Below are positions 38,591 to 46,785 of a stretch of DNA of 46,785 bases, one piece after another. The stretch comes from Macrostomum lignano (lineage: Eukaryota). The position numbers and the translations under genes were made by a program. The stretch lies in assembly GCA_002269645.1 (NCBI GenBank), contig NIVC01004416.1:1-46785 (forward strand), written 5' to 3'. Positions within the stretch are counted from its first letter, which is position 1; the number at the start of each line of letters is the position of its first letter. The notes under the pieces are model-generated. The model did no database searches. It was given only the letters and a program-made list of their open reading frames with translations, and was not told the origin of the DNA.

Positions 38591-41067
38591 GTAGATAGAT
38601 AGATAGATAGATAGATAGGTAGATAGATAGATAGATAGATGGATAGATAGATAGATGGATAGATAGATAGACACAGACAGACAGACAGACAGGCAGACAG
38701 ACAGACAGACAGACAGACACACACACACACAGACAAGTAAGTATGCGTCTGTCTGCTCAGATGAGTCGAAAGGATAAAACAGCATATAAAAACACGCACC
38801 GTTATGCATTACACAAAAGGAATAAGTAAAAACAGCAAACCGGTGCCAGTCAACTCACCAACACTCACCTCAGCGTCGTCAAAATAGGGCTCGTACCACT
38901 CCCAGAGCTCTTTGGGATCCAAGCAGTAGCGGATGTACATGAATCCCAGAGCGCGAATGAAAGGCGAGTCCGGATGGTCCAGCAGAGTCTGCAGCTGCTT
39001 TCTATTCAGCCGCAGGGTGAACAGCTTGTACAGCAGGCAGTAGGCGGTGCTCACCACGCCGCCGGCACCGACGCCTCGAACTTGGAGGCCGCCGCCGCTG
39101 GAGCCGCTTAGGCCGGTGGTTCGGCGAGTACCGCGCTCCCAGGGCTCCAGGTGGGACACCTGGGAAAGCCGGATATGGGGGTTGGAGGCGAAATCTTGTA
39201 GTTGCTTACGTGACGGCTTATTGAAAAACAATAAAAACCGATCGGCACCTGTTAAATTGGAATGGAGACGTTCTAAATGAGATGTAGAATAGTTAGGTGT
39301 GGGATTGAATGGTAGGCTGTGAGATTGAATGGTAGGCTGGGAGATTGAATGGTAGGCTGGGAGATTGAATGGTAGGCTGTGAGATTGAATGGTAGGCTGT
39401 GAGATTGAAGGGTAGGCTGTGAGATTGAATGGTAGGCTGTGAGATTGAATGGTAGGCAATGAGATTAAATGGTACGCAATGAGATTGAATGGTAGGCAAT
39501 GAGATTGAATGGTAGGCAATGAGATTGAATGGTAGGCTGGGAGATTGAATGGTAGGCTGTGAGATGGAATGGTAGGCTGTGAGATTGAATGGTAGGCTGT
39601 GAGATTGAATGGTAGGCTGTGAGATTGAATGGTAGGCTGTGAGATTGAATGGTAGGCTGTGAGATTGAATGGTAGGCTGGGAGATTGAATGGTAGGCTGG
39701 GAGATTGAATGGTAGGCTGTGAGATTGAATGGTAGGCAATGAGATTGAATGGTAGGCTGTGAGATTGAATGGTAGGCTGTGAGATTGAATGGTAGGCTGT
39801 GAGATTAAATGGTAGGCTGGGAGATTGAATGGTAGGCTGTGAGATTGAATGGTAGGCTGTGAGATTGAATGGTAGGCTGTGAGATTGAATGGTAGGCTGT
39901 GAGATTGAAGGGTAGGCTGTGAGATTGAATGGTAGGCTGTGAGATTGAATGGTAGGCAATGAGATTGAATGGTACGCAATGAGATTGAATGGTAGGCAAT
40001 GAGATTGAATGGTAGGCAATGAGATTGAATGGTAGGCAATGAGATTGAATGGTAGGCTGGGAGATTGAATGGTAGGCTGTGAGATTGAATGGTAGGCTGG
40101 GAGATCGAATGGTAGGCTGTGAGATTGAAGGGTAGGCTGTGAGATTGAATGGTAGGCTGTGAGATTGAATGGTAGGCAATGAGATTGAATGGTACGCAAT
40201 GAGATTGAATGGTAGGCAATGAGATTGAATGGTAGGCAATGAGATTGAATGGTAGGCAATGAGATTGAATGGTAGGCTGGGAGATTGAATGGTAGGCTGT
40301 GAGATTGAATGGTAGGCTGGGAGATCGAATGGTAGGCTGTGAGATGGAATGGTAGGCAATGAGATTGAATGGTAGGCAATGAGATTGAATGGTAGGCAAT
40401 GAGATTGAATGGTAGGCAATGAGATTGAATGGTAGGCTGGGAGATCGAATGGTAGGCTGAGATTGAATGGTAGGCTGTGAGATTGAATGGTAGGCTGAAA
40501 TTTAGTACTCACAAGTGTTCTGAAATGTGGCAATATTATTTGATAATTCAACTGTCCATCGCATATTTCATTAGCCTGGACAGTTTTGTACTTATACAAT
40601 TAAATTTCAAAACCTGCAAAATCTCACCCTCGATTAGATCAATGATGATTTATCCAATACCAAACAGCTCACGACCAGTGACCAGGACTGGCAAGACAGT
40701 CTCAGATATCTGCTTTGTCTGATGCAGTGAAAACTTCGTAATATATTCAAGATTGCATAACATTTTGCAGGTCAAAAGAGTCACTTAATGAGTCAGAACT
40801 CACCTTAAAGTAAATTGCGTCGACAACTTCGTGAAATGTTTTCACCTCGGCTAGCTCATATTTAAAATATGGCGACTGTTTAATATTAGTGAGCACCATT
40901 GAGTTCAAGTTCATTGATTCTCGATTGCCCCACAGTTGTAAATTGTTTGACTTGTGATGAGCTGGATGGTGACCGCCAAAACCCGTGAGGTCAGGCAGGC
41001 CAGCTGCTGCTGCTGCTGGTAAAGAGTTGTCATCTAGGGGGAGGGGGGGGGTTATTTGCAGTGTCAT
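36111..41067 (-). CDS. PRPF38B: Pre-mRNA splicing factor 38B, 375 aa; exons 41067-40804, 39159-38869, 38438-38215, 36459-36111
   Basis: Matches PRPF38B motifs in order: [38 protein letters not shown]|[88 protein letters not shown], then an RS/RD-rich tail. Phases 0, 0, 2 join correctly. Confidence 0.95.
36500..38098. repeat. 23-25 bp minisatellite (CATTCTCTACCTGCATCTCTCTT), ~1.6 kb, PRPF38B intron 3
   Basis: Directly visible; about three times longer than the paralogous array. Confidence 0.97.
39303..40498. repeat. 20-bp minisatellite (GAGATTGAATGGTAGGCTGT / ...GCAAT), ~1.2 kb, PRPF38B intron 1
   Basis: Directly visible. Confidence 0.97.
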
Positions 41068-43329
41068 TTTAACTTTATATACACAAACTGCATTCCAAGG
41101 TTGTGAGTTTATTGGGCTGATTTTATAGTATTATGTAAATTTTGTATTTAGACTATGAAGTTATAGTTTTAAAAAATGACTAGACTTTTACTGAAATTTG
41201 TATAAATTAGATAGAACTATATAAGAATTAAAAATATAAATAAAATGATTATGCTTGACAATCATCTACTATTTTCAACTATCAAAGTTAAAATAAATAC
41301 TTACTATATACTAAAATGGTCTATCTGTGATCAGAGATAAATACTTTTATTCTTGTATAATAAAAGAGATCTATTAATGATTGATAGCCTAAAAATTGTT
41401 AGGCCTTTTCAATACTCGTATATACAAAAAAGTAAATATAGGCATAAAACTGAAGATATTTCAACAAGGCTAACCTATATTAAAATGATTTTAAAATAAT
41501 TCTTTAATATTAATACTAAAACAATAGAGACAAATTCGTAAAGCTAAGATTTACAACTGATTTAATTATAAAGTTTTATATAATTAAATTGTAACAAACA
41601 AAGTGAGGGCACTGTGCCATGCCAAAACAAAATCTTATTTAAGTAGGCTTTCACACTAAGTAAGCATAATCTAGTCAAGTCAAGACAAGGCATATTCTAG
41701 TCAAGAAAAGTCAATATAGGTTAGAAGTATTCAATTTTGTTTTCATGATTCTAACCTGTATTAATTTTTCTTGACTGGTAATTTAAGTCCTATAATACTT
41801 TTTTTGCTTTTGTCCATATGCTAAAAATGAAAATAACATACTATTTTCTATTTATGCCTACCTATAAAAAAGATCTAATTGACTAGCAACAAAGCATTTT
41901 CTAGACAATTGCACAACAAGTGAGTCGAACATTGACAATGACAAAGATAAATGTGTAAATCCTAGCAAAATTCAAAATCAAAATGTTCCATCAGTAAACT
42001 TATATTCTATCCTAGGGTTGAGAGCCTTGGTCATAGAAAGCAAGCCTAATACTTTAAACAATGAATCAAAGTAAGATGAAGTAGAAGCTTATGAATCAGA
42101 AAGACAAGCTTATCTGCTAGTAGTTTATCATGTCATTTAGATTTAAGTTCCTCAAGTGTTTCTAATGATTATAGTGTATCACTTTGATTAGTAACATTTT
42201 TACTTCCTACTGTAAGTATTATGCAAATGGTTGACCATTATTTTCATAAAAATGGGTCTTCCAAAGTGCCACTCTAGATGTCAAGGGTGTCTAAAAATCT
42301 ATGTAGCACCTGTCAACCTTAACCTGTTTAAACAATAATGTGACAAGAGTTAGTAAAAAGTTGTAGCAAACAACTCTCTAACTTAGCAAAAAAGTCATCC
42401 AAGAATCATTGTGCTGATGCTTAACTTTCTATAAGTTAAGTTGTAGAAAGCTACTCATACTAACTTAGTAGCTAGTTAGAGTGCAATTAGAGTTAAATAG
42501 GCTAAAGCTATGTCTATTACAGTTTAAGAAACCCCTTTACTCACTCTTGCAGCTTTAAATGTTGAGACAGGTTTTGTACCAACTGTCATTGGTCAAAGGC
42601 TGACGTTGGACAGTCTATTAACTGGAATATGGTTTATACAGTGCAGGGAAGTGTGTTACAGAGAAGATTTTGTGACTTCTATTTGCTTCTTAATAAATTG
42701 TCATTCTGTTAGCAATAATTGTAGGTGTCTGATATATTGTGATTTAACATTTGGTGGGTTTTAAAATGTTCTTGTAGACACACTATAGGTGAATATATAT
42801 ATTATTATTGTAGAATATATATATATATTGTAGAAAAGTGAATAGTGTAAAAATGTTTGAATTTTTGTGTGATGTATAGGATATAGCATATACCTTAACT
42901 CCAGCTTCTGAATGCCTTCAATGTTTGCTTTTGCATGTAAAAGACTTAATTTCAAGAGAAATTAAATGCAAACTTAGAAATGAGCCATTTGCTTCAAAAT
43001 GTTTTATAACTACAGTTAGCCAGTTTGGCAACTGCCAGCACTCCAGGTGCTTTTTAATCCTGATTGGTTTTACTTTTTTCTTGTGTTGTTCATTTATCAT
43101 ATGAAGGCTTTGTTGCATGTGTACATCTGATTCTGCTGCTTGATTTGTCTACACCATTTTAACTAGGGAAGTGAGACAAGTTCCTTAGATGGATTGCAAA
43201 TAGTTGATAAATAATAGTTGGCTATAGCCTAAATGGTGGGAGATATGTAATTAGGACAGCAATACTACTGCATAGCTGCTTTTTGCAGCTATAATAGGTA
43301 CCCATGGATTGACATAATGAGCAAAAGAG

Positions 43330-43680
43330 GAGGACATGATGGAGGACAAGGCACCAAGGTTGTGATACCTTATCTGGAGGACTTGCAGGAAGAGTTTAAG
43401 GAGCAACAGTAGCTAGTAGTTGAGCAGCTGCAAGTGAACCTGCATCAGCAGCAGCAATTACTGCAGCCACATAATGTACACAACCCCAGCATGTAGCAGC
43501 AGCAAGACAGGCTTGCTGCATTAGACGGCTGCCTGGGAGCAACAGCGCTGTTGGAGCAACAGCAACAGCTACTAGCAGGTGGGCATGCAGAGACAGCAGG
43601 TGTTGGAGCTTCAAATGCAGCAACAAGATGCAACAGAAGATGATCAAGAGGAAGAGAATAATGATGATGAACTGGGCAAA
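43330..43680 (+). pseudogene. Decayed Gln/Glu-rich ORF fragment
   Basis: One frame reads YLEDLQEEFKEQQ*LVVEQLQVNLHQQQQLLQ...SM*QQQDRLAAL, with TAG stops inside CAG runs, then shifts frame to QQQVLELQMQQQDATEDDQEEE. Confidence 0.4.
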
Positions 43681-44869
43681 TATTTTTTTAGACTGCCCTT
43701 GCTCCTATATTGTTGCAATCCTCCACCATCTCTGCCTCTTTCCCCACCCCCTCCTACACTAGTGCACATGCCACAGTGGGGTTAAGTAATTACTTGTATA
43801 TTTAAAACACAATTTGTATGTTTATGTCTATCATTGAGTGTAGATGTCTGTTTGGGTTGTTCCTACTATATAGTATCCTGTTGAGGTCCTGTTGAGGTTG
43901 GTATAGTGTATGTTGTATAGGCATACATGTATGTAGCGACATTGACACTATTATACATTTTTCACCTGCATATTTGACTTATAGTATGGTAAATTAACAT
44001 GAGTGGTGACATAAATTGGTCTACTTTGTTTAACGATGTCCTAACAGCCTCAGCTTTAGCCATCGGGATTCCTAGTTACTACGAAGACAAGGTGAACAAC
44101 CTGGTTCTCACCCTTGCCCAGCCTTTTTTAAACAATGAAGAGCCAGCTCCAAATCCCATTAACTGATCTGCCTTTCTAGATAGCATACTCCAAATATCAT
44201 GTACTCCAAATATCATGTACTCCAAATATCACAATATACTAAATCATGTACTATAAATGAGGAATAACTGCTACATCATTCATGAGTGTACATGTATATA
44301 GATGTATATATGATGCTGGTGGATGCCAGGGTGATATGGTCAGTGTTAGTACCACTGGGTACTAGGACCACTAGAATAATGTAGATTTAACAGGAATTAA
44401 AGCTTTAACAATGCAAGTACATACATAAACGAGCGAGCCCTCAAAAATGTGCAACAATTTTGAGTGTTATCTCCTGATTCAACTAAGTTATAGTGGTCCT
44501 TGATCCCCACTTTAAGATTGCAAGTATACAGCTGTGTATGCACATTTCTGGACTGCATGTGGATTTTTTAATTCTTATGTATTGTTGTCTTAATTATTTT
44601 TGTAACTGTTTGAGTCAATATAACTAGTAGTTGTTATACAAACACTGGAAGTTTAGAGTAGGAGTCTATTTATTTATCCAAAAATGTCTATAGCACTATT
44701 ATAGCTGACAAGGAGGGATTCATGCTTTACTAAGTAGTATGCTACTAAATCATGGATTTTCATGTTTTAAAGGCCATGTCCCAATTCAGTAATGGACTCT
44801 ACCTTTATAGTTTACCTGCATCATTTGATTGATTCATTGAATTTTTCACTATAACCACTTTGCAGTGCA

Positions 44870-46640
44870 ATGACTGAGCCAGTTACATGTAGCAACAGTC
44901 TGATGCTTGCCACCCTGGAGGCATCTATCAAGGCTAAGTTACCCAGCTCCGAGGTGCAGAAAGCCTAGGCTGACAGTCTTTGTCTGTCTGCTGACACTGA
45001 AGCAGATGTGCGAACAAAAGTGAAAGCAAAGGCACTGGATCTGGAAAGTTTGAAGGTGCGCAAGAAAGCTGCTAGCAAGCAGAGTGCCTGGGCCATCTAT
45101 ATGGACAAAGTGTTTGCCTTTCCTGCAGTGGTACTAGTCCCAGCTGCAAATGTGCCACAGCTGGCTCCTAGCATGCCAACCCAAACTTCTTCTGCTACTG
45201 CTGCTGCTTGGTCCCCTGAAGAGGAGTGGGGCACCAATACAGGCCTTTGAGAAGCTGTATGCTATCTTTTGGCCTAGCTGGAACGGTCAGAGGTGACTAT
45301 ACAAAAGCTGCACAATAAGCTGGCCAAGTGTCCACAGCAAAAGTGTGGTTGCAGTATGTCCGGCATCTGAAAGATTGGCTGCATGTAGTTTGACAGCAAT
45401 TGAGCAGCAAAAGCCGGCAACTGGTAGAGATGAGTGAGGCCAAGCTAGCAAGAAACGTCACCAGGCTGCTGAGCGGAAGCTGCTGCTGAGCGTAGAAATG
45501 CCTTGGTGCATGCCGAGCTGCGCGAGATGCACGAAATGCTGGCTACTTTGAAAAGTCGCATAAGTTGCATGAGTAAGATTGTTGTTGACTTGTCACTATG
45601 GTGCATTGGATATGGTGCAAGGGTTGGGTGTCAGATTGGGAATGACCGAGATTGGGAAGGATTGTTCTTCAAACATACAGTACTCTAAACACCAAACAGA
45701 TCCAACAGCTCAGGTCATATTCCAAGCTGGCCAGATGTATGTACTGCAGACGCAGGAGCTAAGAGCTGCTGGTAGAAAGCAGTATACCAACCATGTCCTT
45801 GCCACCTGCACAAATCTGGTGCTAAAGTGCCACATCCCTGTTTGAGCCATCCGCGACACTATTGTCACTGTAGCAGCTCTGTAGAGTTGCAGATCAGCGA
45901 AAGCTGCCCTTGCTTATCAGCTTGGTCACATACGGTGTTGGCAGCAGCCTTGCCAAGGCGAAGGCCATGGAGAGCATCCTGCTTGCATCAGAGACAAACA
46001 ACCTTTGACACTGATGACTGATGCTACAAGCAAATGGGCAACCATTAGAGTGTTCTGCAGGTAGAAAAGAGAAGACACAGGGTGATCACCTGCCAGGTGG
46101 TGCGCTGCACAATCTGCCAGACAACAATTCCCATTTGGCTGCTGCTGCTCCCAAGGACAATGTGGCATGTGAGGTATCTTTTGCAGTACTGGACAGTACT
46201 GTAAGGTTGAAGCCCAACATGTGGCCCCTAGCTCACGAGACGTTCATGCTTTTTAACCAGAATGGAACAAGCAAGTGGCTTTGCCAGAAGTCACTGGAAG
46301 AGCAGGACCAATGCTATTGTGAGCACGTCATATCACAAAGAAGGTGGAGATGCAGGCCAAGGTGGATCCCAGGGCTGTTTGAGCTGCATAGCAGCAGGCT
46401 TGAATTGCTCAGAATCAGCAGAAAGATTGCCAGGGAGAGTTTGCTCCGCGACCTGATCAATGTGGTGCAGGACTACGGTGGCCTATGGCTCACAGTTGCT
46501 GAGATGCAGAACAGGCTTTTGGCCCTGTCTGAGCGGCTGCATGAGCCAGCTGTGCTCTCCCAACTGCAACTGCACAAGGCAATAGGTAATATATACAGTA
46601 TTCATTACTGCCTGTGCTCATGCATATCCCACTTTTAGGA
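44870..46640 (+). pseudogene. Decayed long ORF, possibly a DNA-transposon (DDE-like) protein relic
   Basis: From ATG 44870 a protein-like frame continues through repeated TAG/TGA stops, then several frameshifts. Segments YTNHVLATCTNLVLKC, TLMTDATSK and GGLWLTVAEMQNRL...LSQLQLHKAI remind me of uncharacterised invertebrate transposase-like proteins (recall only, no search). Confidence 0.35.
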
Positions 46641-46785
46641 TTAATTGTCATCACTGAATATGCATTCCCTACTAACACCCTTCTTAAACAGAGCCAACAA
46701 TCCCCAATGACATGGCAGGCTGCCTTAACCTTATAGATTCTGGCACGAAAAGGTCAGTGCAACCTCCTCACTGACAACCTGCAAG

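Larger units (their letters stand above)
32546..39096. repeat. Tandem segmental duplication, copy 2 (no LTR element; longer intron satellite)
   Basis: Matches copy 1 up to GGAGGCCGCCGCC (39096), after which the intact PRPF38B exon 2 continues. Confidence 0.95.

Noticed and set aside
36485-40599. Long ORFs of 551, 374, 368, 304 and 264 aa
   Set aside because: Periodic translations of intronic minisatellites in PRPF38B.

Overview
Eukaryotic (invertebrate animal) genomic DNA with spliced genes, not a prokaryotic locus. The taxon cannot be fixed from sequence alone; a repeat-rich spiralian such as a free-living flatworm is only a guess. I hand-assembled five genes from splice sites and protein motifs: (1) the 3' end of a multi-Ig (I-set) gene containing one frameshift (1-1083, +); (2) a type I membrane protein with a divergent C-type-lectin domain (4389-5330, +); (3) a 9-exon, 498-aa SLC7/LAT-type amino-acid transporter (8259-15963, +); (4) a two-TM, NIT-domain guanylyl cyclase (NIT-GC; 17284-23772, or to 23959, +); (5) PRPF38B (41067-36111, -). 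The convergent 3' halves of NIT-GC and PRPF38B are tandemly duplicated (22566-32542 and 32546-39096, joined by a 3-nt filler), leaving two promoterless half-genes back to back. One copy carries a very recent, intact Ty3/gypsy (Mag-like) LTR retrotransposon (26568-31137). About a quarter of the window is micro/minisatellite, mostly one distinct family per long intron, and most long ORFs in the supplied track are artefacts of these repeats. Two tRNA-derived CORE-type SINE copies are present. From about 41100 to the end the sequence becomes sharply CpG-depleted and contains decayed ORFs. Best leads: the atypical NIT-GC and its SLC7 neighbour, the reciprocal half-gene duplication with synonymous-only divergence in the cyclase exons, a self-pairing 12-mer array in the putative SLC7 3' UTR, and the C-to-T-decayed block.
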